Shown here in pieces: positions 1 to 14,770 of a stretch of DNA of 64,000 nucleotides. Location: assembly GCF_009914755.1 (NCBI RefSeq), contig NC_060935.1; one strand, 5' to 3'. How positions within the stretch are numbered: the stretch's first letter is position 1; each line of letters opens with the position of its first letter. Made by a program: the position numbers and the translations under genes. The notes beneath the pieces are model-generated. The model did no database searches. It saw only the letters and a list, made by a program, of their open reading frames with translations, and had not been told where the DNA came from. The stretch comes from the human T2T-CHM13v2.0 reference genome, Homo sapiens.

Positions 1-1348
1 CATTTTTCAAGGTGATCCCAAAGAAAATACCTATACAAGGTCTGCAAAACACAATGAGAAAAGAATGAAAGCTTGTCCACACAAAATCAACAAAACAAAC
101 GATGAAGACAGTCAAAGAGGAAATGAGGGATAACATATCTACAAGAAACACAGAAAACAGTAACAATCAAGATGGTGATAGTAACTTCATTTCCTTCAGA
201 AATTATTTTAAATATAAATTAACCTACTTATTGACCAGAAATAAAATAGCTGAATGGATTAAGAACAATATGCTAGCTACAAAAGACTCTAGCCTTAAAT
301 AGTAAAATAGGCTGAAAGTGAAAATAAAAAAAAATTCCATGCAATTAGTAACCACAATCAGGTGGGGTGGTTATCCTTATATTAGACACAATATACTGTA
401 AGTCAGAACTGTCACAGGAGATAAAGATTAATAGCATGTAATGGCAAAATGCGTACATTAACCAGGAACCTGTAACTGTTTATCTGTCTATATTTATATC
501 TAACATCAGGGCTCCCAGATATATAAAGCAAATATGGAGAGAAGTGAAGCAAGACGTACACAGCAATACAATAATTATCAACTCTAAGACCCCATTTGCA
601 ATACAGAATAGAAAATTACACAGAAGATCAATAAGAAAGCTTGGGCAACATTACAGACCAAATCAATTTAACAGACATGCATAGAACTCTCCAGTCCAAA
701 GAAGCAGAATATACAATATTCTCAAATACACATAGTGCATTGTGTTACAACAAATAACAACTCTTAAAGATGAAAGTCTCATGACATGTTTTCTAACCAA
801 AATGTAATAAAACTAGAAATCAAAAGCAAAAGTAAAACTGGCAATGCCAAAAATGTATGGAAATTAAAACCCTTGAACATACACATTCTTGCTCAATGGT
901 CAGATAATTTAGTTTTTTAAAGATGTCAATACTGCCCACACTAATGTACACATTCAATGTAATCTCTATCAAATTCCCAAAGCTACTTTTTGATTTTTTA
1001 ATCCTAAAATTAGTTTAAGAACAATAACTAGTCAAAATTCTTTAAAAAGAACAAAGAGGCATTACACTTTCTGATTTTAAAACATATAAAGAGCTACGAA
1101 AATAAAAACAATGTGGTACTGACACAAAGACAGATAACTAAATGATGAAACAAAGCAGAGAGCCCAGAAATAAACCCTTGTGGATAAAATCAAGTAATTT
1201 TCCACAAGGTATCCATGACCACACAATGGAGAAAAGAATCCTTTCAACAAATGTTAAAAACCAGATATCTACATGGAAAAATGAAGTGGTATCTTTTCCT
1301 TGCACCATATACAAAAATATTTTAAATGAAAAACATAAAAATAGAATA

Positions 1349-1729
<381 letters not shown>

Positions 1730-2147
1730 TCAAACTTCAAACTTTCTGCAAATCAAAGAAAACAATGAGTGCAGTGAAAATACCACCTAAGAAATGGGTA
1801 AAAATCACACATTTGATAGGAGTGTATCCTTATATTCAGAGTATATAAGGAACTTTTACAACTAAACAACAAAAATTAAATAATTTGATTTAAAAATAGA
1901 TGAAGGACTAACTGAAATCTCTCCAAAAAAGATATGGAAATGCCCAACAAGCCTTGAATGAATGCTCAAATTACTTATCTATAGAGAAATGCAAAACAAA
2001 ATCACAATTAAGATATTTCCTCACACCTATTAGAATGGCCACAGTAAAAAAAAAAAAATCCAGACCTGTCAAGGATGTGAAGACATTGAAAACCACGTAA
2101 CCTGCTGGTAGGAAAGAAAGGATGCAGCCACGATGAAAGATAGCATA

Positions 2148-2455
2148 GGCCGGGCACACTGGTTCACACCAGCTCACACCTGGAACCCCAGCACTTCGGG
2201 AGACCGAGGCGGGTGGATCACTTGAGCCCAGGAGTCCGAGACCAGCCTGGGCAACATGGCAAAACCCTGTCTCTATTAAAAACACAAAAGTTAGCTGGGT
2301 GTGGCGGTGTGCCCCTGTAGTTCCAGGTCCTCAGGAGGCTGAAGTGGGAAGAAGGCTCGAGCCCAGGAAGCAGAGGTTGCAGTGAGCTGAGATGGCACCA
2401 CTGCACTACAGCCTGGGTGATAGAGTGAAACTCTGTGTAAAAAAAAAAAAAAAAG
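2148..2455 (+). mobile_element. AluJ-type element
   Basis: Diverged dimer with GATCACTTGAGCCCAGGAG and CCTGGGCAACATGG, plus a poly(A) tail. Confidence 0.85.
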
Positions 2456-3166
2456 CATAAATTTTCTTAAAAAAATTAAAAATGGAATTATATGATCCAG
2501 CAATCCCATTTCTAGATCTATATCAAAAGTATACAAAGCAACTCAGGACTTAGAAGAGATATTTGCACACCCATGTTTACTGTACCACTATTCAGAAAAG
2601 TCAAATGGGGGAAGCCTCAAGTGATGAACACACAGAAAAAATGTGGTATATACATACAAGGAATATTATTCAACCATAAAAACAGTAATATGGAATTACA
2701 AAACACTAAGAGATGTTAGTCATAAAATCTGCTATGAAACATTGATGTACCATTAAAAAAGAATTTGCCTAGATAACTACAGTATTCAACTGTGACTGTG
2801 TAGTCATGAAAACTAGGTATTTTGAGTCACTGGCATGCAGTGGACAGCAGTAACATTTCACAGAAAATGCACTACAATCATTATGAAAAGACTCTACTGA
2901 GAACATTTTAATGACTAAGAGATACTAAAGGTAATTTTTATTATATGTTTACTATACCGATGCTATTCTTATGCAAATTTAAAATGCTGCCATCCAACTT
3001 TTAGAAGCAAGGAATAGCCTTATATTTCTAAATAAAGAGAAAAATATAAATTATGTAAAATATGGTGAGAGTCACTGATATATAAAATAAACATCTGGGA
3101 ATAAATCATATTATTATTTATATACAGGTTGAAGAAATAGGATAATTTAATCAATGTGGAGTGCTT

Positions 3167-3480
3167 GCCGGGTGCAGTGGTTCACGCCTGTAATCCTGAC
3201 ACTTTGGGAGGCCAAGGCAGGCAGATCACCTGAGGTCGGGAGTTCGAGGCCAGCCTGACCAACATGGACAAACCCCATCTCTACTAAAAATACAAAAAAT
3301 TAGCCAGGCGTGGTGGTGCATGCCTGTGTGTAAATCCCAGCTACTCAGGAGGCTGAGGCAGAAGAATTGCTTGAACCTGGGAGGTGGAGGTTGCAGTGCC
3401 GAGATCGCGCCATTGCACTCCAGCCTGGGTAACAAGAGCAAAACTCTATCTCAAAACAAACAAACAAACAAACAAACAAA
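3167..3480 (+). mobile_element. AluS with (AAAC)n tail
   Basis: Full dimer; AGTGCTT flanks both ends (TSD). Confidence 0.9.
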
Positions 3481-3904
3481 TAGTGCTTACTAAATAATTC
3501 AGACATAACACATTAATTCTAGCATATTGTTCTGCATATTAGAATTTGAAATTAGAGATAAATTTGAAATGGAACAAAAGAGAAAGTGAAAATGTACAGG
3601 ACAGTGACATAGAAAAATGGTGACATAGGTGGACCCTGGGTTATATATTCCCCGACAGCAACAAAAATGTGTCAGTCTTCTTGTACAGAAATGCCTTTCC
3701 AAGAGAATCAGGCACCACGGCTCATGCCTATAATCCCAACTATTCAGGACCTCGGGGTGAGAGGCTCACTTCAGGCCAGAAGTTCAGAACCAGCCTGGGT
3801 GACACAGAGAGACCTCATCTCACAAAAATGCCTTTAATAGAGCTTAGTAATCCAGGGAGGGGGTTGTAAAATTCTGCTAAAGACCAAGACTATAGATTCA
3901 ATAA

Positions 3905-5390
3905 ACTTCTTATCAAATTCCAGTGGCCTTTTTCACAGTAATGAAAATAGAATTCTAAAATTTATATGGAATTACAATAGACTTGGCATAGCCAAAGCAA
4001 TCTATAGGAAAAAGAACAAGGCAAGAGGCATAATATTTTCTGTTTTCAAGTGACATTTTAGGACTACAGTAGTAAGAACAGGATGGTATGCGAACAGAGA
4101 GGAAAACTGCCGCAGAGACCAATGGGACAGAACAGAGAGCCCAGAATTAAACTCACGCATATCCACTTAACTAATCTTTCACAAGTTCACGAAGAAGATA
4201 CAATACAGACAGTATAGTCTCTTCAACACTTGGTCCTGGAGAAACAGAATACCCGCAATCAAAATAATGAAATAGCCCATTTTTCTTACACCATACTCAA
4301 AAATTAACTTGAAATCAAGCCTTAAATGTAAAACATGTATCCTTAAAAACTCTGAGAGAAAACCTCTGATATTGGTCTTGGCAATCATTTTTTAGACACG
4401 ACACCAAAAGTACAGCAACAAAAGTAAATATAAACAAAATGGAGTACATTAAGCTAAAAAGCTTGTGACACCAAAGACAATTTACAATCAAACTTTTGGA
4501 TACTAGGATGGCTAATATCAAAAATAAGTAACATATTAGGGCTGTGCAAAAGTAATTGTGGTTTTTGCCTTCTAAATAGTAAGAAATACTCTTACTTTTG
4601 CGCCAATCTACTAACAATGTTGATAAGGATGTAAAGAAAAAACAATTCTGAACGCTCAGAGTTCTCAACTGGTAGAGTCATTATGAAAACCAGGGTCGGG
4701 GGGCGTTATTTAAAAGTTAGAAAAAGATAAACCTACCCTGCAACGCAGCAATCACACTTCTGTGTATATAATAACTGAAGGGAATAAAAGCAGCATCTTG
4801 AAGAATTATCTGCTCCCTCATGTTCACTGCAGCATTATTCACAATTGTCAAGATATAAAGACAAGCTAAACGTTTGCGGATGCTGAATGGATAAAGAAAA
4901 TGTGATATAAATAGACAATAGAATATTACTCAGCCATAAAAAAGGAATGAAATCCTGTCATTCAACCACGTGGATGACCCTGAAGGACATCCTGCTAAAT
5001 AAACTCAGCCAGGCCCCAAAGACAGAGACTGCACGTTCCCCCTCAGACGTGGAATCTGTCGTGGCTGAACTCACAGGAGCAGAGGACAATGGCAGTTGCC
5101 AGGGCCTGGAGTTGGGGAAAATGAGCTGTTGTTCAAAAGGTACAAACTTTCAGTTGTAAGATGAGTAAGTTTGGGGAATCTAATGAGTAGCTTCACGAAT
5201 ACTATTAATAATCTTTTGTATGCTTAAAGTTTGCCAACGGTAGACATTAACTGTTCTCACTACAAGAAAAGGTAATTACGTGAAGTGATAGATTTGTTCC
5301 TTGAAGTGATTGCACTAATTATTTCACAACGTATACACATATTAAATTATTACATTGTACACAATATATACACAATTTTTATTTCTAAAA
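3905..5390 (+). mobile_element. L1MA/L1MB-type ORF2 3' part and 3' UTR
   Basis: Typical L1M 3' motifs: GCAGCATTATTCACAAT, GAATGGATAAAGAAAATGTG, GGTACAAACTTTCAGTTGTAAGATGAGTAAG. Confidence 0.8.
4535..4612. mobile_element. MADE1 mariner MITE
   Basis: About 80-bp imperfect palindrome TTAGGGCTGTGCAAAAGTAATTG...TTACTTTTGCGCCAATCTA. Confidence 0.7.
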
Positions 5391-6342
5391 TAATCTGTTA
5401 CACATATGCCCACATAGACACACTGTATATATGTGTGTGTATATATACATGAATGGATAAAGAAAATATGATTTAAATAGACAACAGAATATTACTCCAG
5501 CATAAAAAAGAATGAAATCCTATCATTTCAAAAGGATATGTTGATATATGATATATACACACATATATGATATATACACACACATATATACACACATATA
5601 TACATATGCACACATACATACATATGAATGACAGAGTCCTGATAAGCCTCATACTAAAAAAGAAGAAATTATAAAATGATAATATTATAACTATTACAGT
5701 TGGGAGTTAGGGAATATAAAGTTTAAATGACCAACCTCAGCTCATACTAAAAAAAATAAAATAAAATGTTGAAGTAAAATAACATTAGATTATCTCATAT
5801 TTGGGCAGATGCCTAGTGTTCGGAGAAAACTGCTGAGTATACATTTCTGTAGACTCCCATTTGAAACCTCTGTAGGATACGAAATCATAAAGCAGAAAGC
5901 ATACAACATCTGTTTACGGGACTTCTGGGATTTCTGAACCAATCACCATCACCACGCCTCTCGCACACTTCAGACATGATGCAAAGGAAATCAAAAAACA
6001 TTTAACAGAGTTCCTCAAAAACAGGCAGGTACAGGCATGTTCCCAAAAGCAGTGGCGGAGCACGCCATGAGACCACACAGGCCCTTACTCGTCAGGAGGA
6101 GGACTCTGATTTTTACTGTAACCTTTATAAAGGAAGATCACTAAACAGGAAGCAGAGTCTATACAAAATTTAAGAGAATGAGACAGAAGACGCTCCTAGG
6201 GTACAGCAAGAGAAAGACACCCAGGCTCTCAGAAAGCATCTCCACTAGGGCAGAGCTTCTCAAACCACATTTTAAGGTCTGGCTTCCTCCTCGACCTCTG
6301 GACCTCTCACCTGGGTTACCTGCTTCGTTCATTCCCACCCAC

Positions 6343-6438
6343 CTGGATGTCCGTCTGCTGCCTCCTGTCTCTTCACATTCCAGGGCTCTTTTCGTTGCTC
6401 CAGGCAGGTGATCAGGCCTGGCTTACAGACAGTGAGAC
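6343..6438 (-). CDS. ZNF195: ZNF195 KRAB-B exon (96 nt), [32 protein letters not shown]
   Basis: Boundaries ataaaacag|GTCTC ... ATCCAG|gtgggt; canonical 96-nt KRAB-B length; peptide matches the ZNF195 N-terminus as I recall it. Confidence 0.93.
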
Positions 6439-6923
6439 CTGTTTTATTAGAAAAAAGTGACATTACTCTTGCTGAAATTCTCCAATTACCAACCGTGTAC
6501 TGTGCTTAGTAGAGTGAACATTATATAAGATTCTAGAAAATTAATCCCAAAATTATGCTTCCTGACATCACCTTTAGAATATTCAGTAAGTATTTTAAAT
6601 CTGTGGGTTCTTAGTTTCACCACTCAGTACTGCTGACATAAAAAATTGGTGGTGGAAATTTGACTTTAAGTTGTGGGCAACAATATTTCATGCCACTGAA
6701 TTTCTGGAATTGTCACTAGAGTGAAAGATACAGATCAGCTGAAAAAAAAGGAAGGTTTATGTCAAGATGAACCACATTTTGAAGATTTTTTTTTTTTTAC
6801 ATCAACTATTCCCCATGTTTTTCTTAAAAGCAGGGATCTGAAACTCATTCATGCAACGCAGAAACTCCCAAAAAACATTCCACAGAGGAACGAAAGGAAC
6901 TCTTTAGGGCATAGGAGGAACTA

Positions 6924-7106
<183 letters not shown>

Positions 7107-7913
7107 TCAAGGTGAAATGAGCGAGTGAAGAGAACTGGTTCTGACTTACACAAGTGACTGAAATTATACAATAAGGTAATTCTTAGCAGAAGAATACTCT
7201 CTAACTCTGAGGAAAGAGAATTGCCTGAGAGCCACATAAGCAGTGTACATACAATACTTTTCTGGTTGATAACAAGTATAACATTAAGGGCATCAACAAA
7301 GGCATGTCCATTTTTGAGTGCTACATTTACGTCACATGAATAAGCTGTGTATATTTCGCAGGCAGAAAAGTCATGGTGAGTTAGAAGCTGCCTCTCCAAT
7401 TTTCATGTGTCCAATAAACTAGTGTGCAGATTTTGCTTCAGGAAATCGGAGGTCAAGGCTGAGTTTCCGAATTTCTAACGCGCTCACCAGTGATGCCAGT
7501 CCTTTGGGCCCAAGGACAATATTTTGTCAAAAATCCTGTAAGTGGCAAGCTTGGGTTTATCCCAGTTTTTCTAAACCATAAAGAGAGATGAGATTCTTCA
7601 TCTTCTAAAGCAAGGCATATGCAAAAAGAATCTAAGAAGCAAAACCTTTCAGATTAAATGTGATTATTTATGCACATTAATTAGTAAATCTCCTCAAGGT
7701 ACTTAAAAGAGAAAAAAATAAACTCCACAATGGAAAATCTGTCAGGGAGCTCTTTAAACAACTGAATAAAACTAATATCAACTGTAATAGGACAGATTTT
7801 TATCACGTGCCAATGCACAGAGAAGGACATATTACTGGTGTGATATTGGCCAAAAGGTCAATTATAATCTGAATCAAATCATACCGAAACCTTAGTGTTA
7901 TGCAAAGTTCAAG

Positions 7914-8120
7914 AGACAAATAAATATCTCCCAGGTTCTGACAAATATCTCCCAGGTTCTGACAAATATTTCCCAGGTCCTGACAAATATCTCCCAGGTT
8001 CTGACAAATAAATATCTCCCAGGTTCTGACAAATAAATATCTCCCAGGTTCTGACAAATAAATATCTCCTATGTTCTGACAAATATCTCCCAGGTTCTGA
8101 CAAATATCTCCCAGGTTCTG
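7914..8120. repeat. Intronic minisatellite of 21/25-bp units GACAAAT(AAAT)ATCTCCCAGGTTCT, about 9 copies
   Basis: Tandem units directly visible, with or without an extra AAAT. Confidence 0.95.
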
Positions 8121-8129
8121 TAATCTGTT

Positions 8130-8423
<294 letters not shown>

Positions 8424-8968
8424 CAGTAATCTCTAATAGTGTATTAAAAGAGTCTTTCTTTAGCATTCTAAAAAGCAAGTGTCTTTTCATTTTTCTCTTT
8501 TCCAGAATGCTTTGAGTTATTCTGAGCGATAAATGTCATCTGGTTTAAATGTTTATTTTCTTAGTCCTGTTCTGCATGCAGCTTATGGAGCATCCAGATG
8601 AAACCTAAAGAGTGCACATTTCCCTTCTTTGCTGATATCCAAAAACCCACCCCATCCTCAAGAGGAATCCTGGGTATCCACAAGTTCAGTGCCACGAAGT
8701 GAACTTTTTAATACTGCAGGTCATAAAGTCATGGTAAGAATTCTTCATGGCATATAAGAAGTCAAGGTGAAGATAACAGAGAGACGGCTTTGGTATATAG
8801 AAAACAAATATTTTCAGAGACCCTTCATTATTATAAGAAAAAAAAGTAGTTGAAACAAACTTACTATGGAGAAACACCACAAGTAGAGAAGTAAAGGTTT
8901 CCAAATTCTAAACACATGACATTTCAGGAGCAAAAGTGGACACAACCCCTGACCTGAGATGCATTTAC

Positions 8969-9048
8969 CTGAGCACCAGCCATTTCTTTCTCTTTCTCCT
9001 GCTTCTCTGGGATTTCCTCTTAGGAAAGATTCTCTGGACAAATCACAC
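8969..9048 (-). CDS. ZNF195: Probable alternative ZNF195 exon (80 nt) carrying an ATG; coding part 8983-8969 = MAGAQ, phase 0 into KRAB-A
   Basis: Boundaries gatgcag|GTGTGA ... ATGGCTGGTGCTCAG|gtaaat. Strong donor, in frame with KRAB-A; the acceptor polypyrimidine tract is weak. Confidence 0.6.
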
Positions 9049-11654
9049 CTGCATCATGAGAATATGCCTTTAAAGGTGTTAGCACAACCCCTTCACCTGC
9101 TACCACCACAACCATCAACAGGAAGACCAAGAAATAAAGAAAAAGTCCACGCTTTTCTGTTCTTTATAAAAGAGATTCAGGAACAGTAAACTTCTACATG
9201 GAGATCAAAATGTGACTTTCTCTCTTCCTGCTCTCAGGTTCCCTCTCCTGCTAAACAACAGCAATTCTGCTTCAGCAATTGGAGTATAAGCTGCACTGAG
9301 CTGGCCTCTGAAACCTAGGCAAAGAAGGCCCTGTGACCTCCCTTTGGAACCAAGGCTGAGCTCAACTCGTACAAATGCATCTGAAACCCCCCATCACTGA
9401 TTCTGGCCACACCTTAGAATCCCATGATGCATGTGACTTAAACAGCACTGGTGCTTCCACCCAAACCAATAGGCAGAATCTGTGAGGGCAAAGGTGAGGG
9501 CCTTTTTTTGAGTTGTCCATGTGATTTAATTAGAAGCCAGGCTGAGAACCATTTAGCTAAGCCTTGCTTCTCAAGCTTCAATGTGCATATGAATCTTTTG
9601 GTAATTTTGGCCCCACTCTAAGTCATGTGATTCTGAAGATTTCAAAGGGGTTCATGGGTTGGATTTTTTAACAGTTCTGCCATTAATGGTGATGCTGCTA
9701 CCCCAAGACTTGTGATCATTAACACTCAGCTAAAGAAAGCAGCCCCAGCACAGTCCCTTACACCCAACCCTCTGACCACAACATAAGTTCTTCTGGTGCA
9801 AATGGAGACAGCCAATCTCTATTCTGAAAGATTACATTATTTCCTGGCTCTTTAAAGTTTTCCAGGGCTGGAGAAGGAAGCAATGTCTGAGTCTGTCTGC
9901 ATTTGGAAAACAATGTGTACACACGTATGAATGCAGTGTTTATTAAGCAGGCACGGGGTGCTCGGATGTATGTGACAGCACTGTGCTGGGCACCTCACGT
10001 CATGTGAGTTAATCCTCACCACACCCTGGGTGATGGAACCAAGTGTCCTGCAACTCTCAAGATATAGATGAAGGGACCAGGCTTTGTGGTTCCTCTTCTA
10101 TTTTCCTATCATTAACTTTTTAAAAGTGTAGTGATAAAAGCTCCAGATAGACCAATGGAAGGGATACAGAGGGGATGAAGTGTAGTGCAAAGGCACTTTC
10201 CATTGTTGTGTTTATCTTCACTTTCTTGTGGCTTGTGAAGCAACTATTAGACCCACAGGACTGAGAAAGAGCTTGCTGGATACGATGTCTCTAACAGCGC
10301 TGGTGTTAGTAAAAAAGAAAAATTAAGGCTCCAAAATAGAGAGTCCTTTGATCCCATTTATCTGCTTTGGGGTTTCCGAAAATTCTGTGTATCAGTTCCG
10401 GAGAGGCAGCAGGAGTCAAACTCTGATTTAACTCTGTAGTTAAACTCCAAACTGATTTAACTCTGTAGCTAAACCCAAAACTCTGATTTAATTCTGTAGT
10501 TAACTCTGTCGGAGGAGAGTCCAGGGTGAAGCCAGACCTGGATGAGACTCAGAGAAGGAGAGTCTGGGCATGTCTGGGCAGGGAGAGGGCCCTACGCAGG
10601 ATTCTGCTCTCTATGCTACTAGAGTATTTACAATTCTGTTTTTCCTAAAACTGCCCCCCACCCCAAAATTTAAATCCCAGGGTTTGTATAATTTTAATCT
10701 ATTTTGGCCACTTCCTTGTCTATTTTATAACATAAAATAACAAGCAATTTAACCAAAACCTTTAGGATTTTCTAGGACAGATATGGTAGAAGCTAAATAT
10801 TTATTTTTAGCCGGGCAAAAGCAACAGAAATAATACCACCACCACCTTGTCTGTCTGAATATCCCTTCAATATGACATCAGAACTCACAACAACCACATC
10901 AGGAAAATGGCCCAAATGAAGCCGAAGTCCCTTTGACCACTCCCTTCTTCATGCTGACCCCAAGACGCTGAATTCAATGATTTATCCAGTTACTGGAAAT
11001 GGAAAAGTTTCTGGCTTGCGGGGACCATGGCTGCCTTCTCTGTTTTCCTAATGGCTACACAGGATGGAATCAATTAGTTTATCAGTTTGAATCTCCAGAT
11101 CTCATTTTTGTTTTTTACTGAAGTACCAGAAAAACTGGAGTAATTCCCATGTGGATACCAATGAGGTTTCTTCTCTGAGGGGAGGAACAAACCCTGGGTG
11201 ACTCATTTCTCTTATTCTACAACAGAAGCACAGATGGACCGTTTTGTCAGCCTGAGCCCCGTCTGCACAGTGCACTCCTGAATGTCCAAAAGACTCCAGG
11301 TGCTGGTGAGAGAGTTCCTGGTGACCCTGCACAGATGCCCTCTATGGCCATGAGATCCATGATAGTTGCTACCTTCTCCCTGTTGCAATCCTTCTTTAGA
11401 GTTCAATAACTTCCTATCTAAAGCTAAATTTATTTTATTTGACGAAGTCTAGAAACAGCCCCAGGATAATAACGATTCCATACCCAGCAAGTCCTCCCCA
11501 GCTTCCTTCCATCCCAACTCTAACTGCATCTGCCTGTGGGTCCCCAGTGCTCCCGGGCTCTGCAGCTTCTCTCTGTAGAAAGGCTCCTTCCATGGTTGCT
11601 GTGAGCAGTCTGGGGCACCCGCAGGGGAGGCTCCTCAGGAAGCACTAGCTAGGC

Positions 11655-11846
11655 CAGGGGTGTCCGATCTTGGCTTCCCTGGGCCACACATAAAATACAC
11701 TAACACTAACGATAGCTGATAACTGAAAAAAAAAAAAAATCACAAAAAAGTCTCATAATGTTTTAATAAAGTTTACGAATTTGTGTTGGACCACATTCAA
11801 AGCCCAGGCCAGCATGTGGCCCAGGCCTGTGGGTTGGACAAGCTTG
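11655..11846 (+). mobile_element. MER30 (hAT-Charlie MITE)
   Basis: Ends CAGGGGTGTCC...GGACAAGCTTG; 8-bp TSD AGCTAGGC/AGCCAGGC. Confidence 0.85.
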
Positions 11847-13370
11847 AGCCAGGCCTTCGATTGCTTTCTTTTGCAGACTCAGTATTGGCCTTAGCTTGGA
11901 ATGACTGTTCTTGGGCTTCAACTTCCCAATCAGGGTTATCCACTTAGGTTTAAATAAGAAAATACCCAGTGTTGGAAACATCCAACAAAATCACTCAAAC
12001 AGTTTACAGAAGAAAAGGAAACTGTAAGCACTTACACTTTCACCTCCACAGAAAAAGCAAAATTATTTATTGCTTTCAGACAATGAACTTGTCATTTAAC
12101 TATTTCCATAACAAATCATATAGTAAACAATCACATGTGAACACTTTTAGAAGTGCTAAGTTCCATCTCCTACAACTTAGCATTAAGCTCAGACATCTAG
12201 AGAACAGGATATAAAACAGAGATACTCACGACAACAAATTCATCCTGCAAAAAGAGCTCATGTTCTGATGAATCTATGTAATTTACCAAGTAATCTACCA
12301 TAATTTTTTTGTAGAAAATGTAAACATTCTCCACAGCCATCCAAGAAGCATTTTATGTTCCCTGGTAGCATTCCCAAAGCTAAGCCCTGGGATTCTGTTG
12401 GAAATCATCTTCCACAAAAGAACAGACCTAAGTAACTTTCTACCCTTAATCACTCTGGAGAAGAAAAAGGTATGTATGACTAGATATTTAACTTTTTTCC
12501 TGAAATTGACCTATTTCATGTCCTTTGTAAGTATTTTCTTACCTTTCAAGCTCTACTGATAAAATGTAAATTTACAATTAAAAATCCAACGTTGCAGTAA
12601 GTGAATAAATTATTTCAAGGAGACACAGAGAGTGGCAGTGCCGACTGGAACACAGACACAGCTAATGACTTGTGTCAAGTCAGGCTATTCTATTCCTTGG
12701 GAGATTCTCCCACCTCCATCCTGTTCACCGAAGTGCTCACCGGCCACCCCCGATGATACACTGCACTGTGCCCCGCTGAGTGTCCCAGGTGAATTTTGCT
12801 TTACAGGTTTTGCACCATCTCACGGGGTGGAGTTTTTCTTGCTCTTTGAAACATTCTGTCTCCCTTCACAAATCTGAGAGTCCAAAGGGCAGAAATGATT
12901 TCGGTCTTTTCCCTCTGACAGTGGCATGTGATTGGCTGATCAGCCATGTGTCTCCAAGGATTGAAAGTTGGGTTGGGTGAAGACAATCTTAATGTCCTAA
13001 GTGGTTACCTCTTTAGAGGAAGAGTAGACCAGGAGATTTCTCTCAGCCCAGGGCATCCAGCTGCTCCCTGGAGAGGCCACACTTCATACCTCAGGCTGTC
13101 CTCTGAGAAATAACCCAGGGCCTGAAATTCACTAGATGCTCCAGCAGACATGGCCATGGTGGGCATCCTGTGTTATCCCTGGACAATACTGAAACTGAGG
13201 AAAAAGTCCAGAGGGTGGCTGAGAGCAAATCACCCTGTCAAGTTTCCAAAGTGGAACCTCAAACCAAAGACATTCTGGTAAGGTGTCTGTGCCTAGGGAA
13301 AATAAAAAGGAGGAGAGGCACAAAGACTTTTTACAATAGCATCAGGGGATGATTCTCTGCTATCCTGTCA

Positions 13371-13746
<376 letters not shown>

Positions 13747-14159
13747 CTAGTGCCCTGGGTTCTTAGGTTAAAAAAAAAAAATCTAACTCAGATGCGTTTC
13801 TTGCAAATGACTATCTTGCAGAAACAAAATTCAGGCTTCGTCAACCACAAACCTCTAATTAACTTCTGATTACAGGACCAGAAAATTTCAGCCTAGATAG
13901 CTCAAATCAGGAGATGACGTAACTGTACCGAACTAATGAATGAATGTGGTTTGCTTCCTCATGCACCTGATAAAAGCCTTTCCTTCAAGGCCGGCTGGTG
14001 GGACCTCCAAACCCAAAAAACATGGTTGGGTCCTCTGCCATTCATGAATCGCTCTTTGCTCAAATAAAACTCTTTCACATTTTTGCAAGGACTCCCTCGA
14101 GAGAAAGGAGGGACTGGGGCCCCCACGGGCTACAGATCATCCTCTTATGCACAAACCAC

Positions 14160-14770
14160 CCACGGAGTCGGGATTCTCCCTTCCTGACTCGGGGAGACGA
14201 GGGTCTGCGGGCGAAGAGCTGCCGGGGGGACATGGCTCTGGGCTTGGGCCAAAGCCGCTCTGCAGGGATGCGCCGGGGCGCGCGGGGCCCGGCCGCCATG
14301 GTGCAGCTGGAGGGGCCTCGGGTCCGCGGAGCCCGGAACCCACCCGGGCAGCCCGGTTCCTCCCGAGCCGGTACCGCGGGTTCCAGTCCGCCCCTCCCTG
14401 TCTCTCAGGAGGCCTGGCCCCTACACTCACCATCTCCTGGCCTCCAGAGAGCCTGGCGTTTCACTTCTGGATCTCCCGGTGCCTGCGGGTCACACGGCCT
14501 ACGGCTAGCAGGGGACACAGAGCCGCGGGGACAGGAAGTGGAGCTCTGTCGGGACAAAGGCCCCGCTAGATCCCGGAAGCCGTCTTCTCCTCTCCAGACA
14601 TGTGCCTGATTGGACAGTCCCCGCCCCTACTCCTCTGATTGGATAGGGCCTCACGCCCCGCCCCCTCAGGCCCTGAGTGACAGGAGCTGTAATCAGACAA
14701 TGGGCCGAATGAGACAGCAAGGACAGGTGCTGGCCGCGATCTTTTGGAGCGGGGCTTCCTGCCTGCGCTG
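14160..14770 (-). promoter_or_regulatory. CpG-island promoter of ZNF195
   Basis: CpG-dense. ETS-type CCGGAAG near 14572, CCAAT boxes (GATTGG near 14608 and 14637) and GC boxes (CCCCGCCCC near 14619 and 14656). Confidence 0.85.
14431..14590 (-). CDS. ZNF195: ZNF195 exon 1: 5' UTR plus the initiator ATG (14433-14431); TSS approximate
   Basis: CCAGGAGATG|gtgagt donor; ATG-only first coding exon typical of ZNF91-family genes; joins KRAB-A in frame (MTLLTF...). Confidence 0.85.

Noticed and set aside
10417-10510. Small local tandem duplications (~30 bp x3 here; also 16028-16085, 20935-20975, 39832-39915)
   Set aside because: Ordinary slippage duplications with no sign of function.
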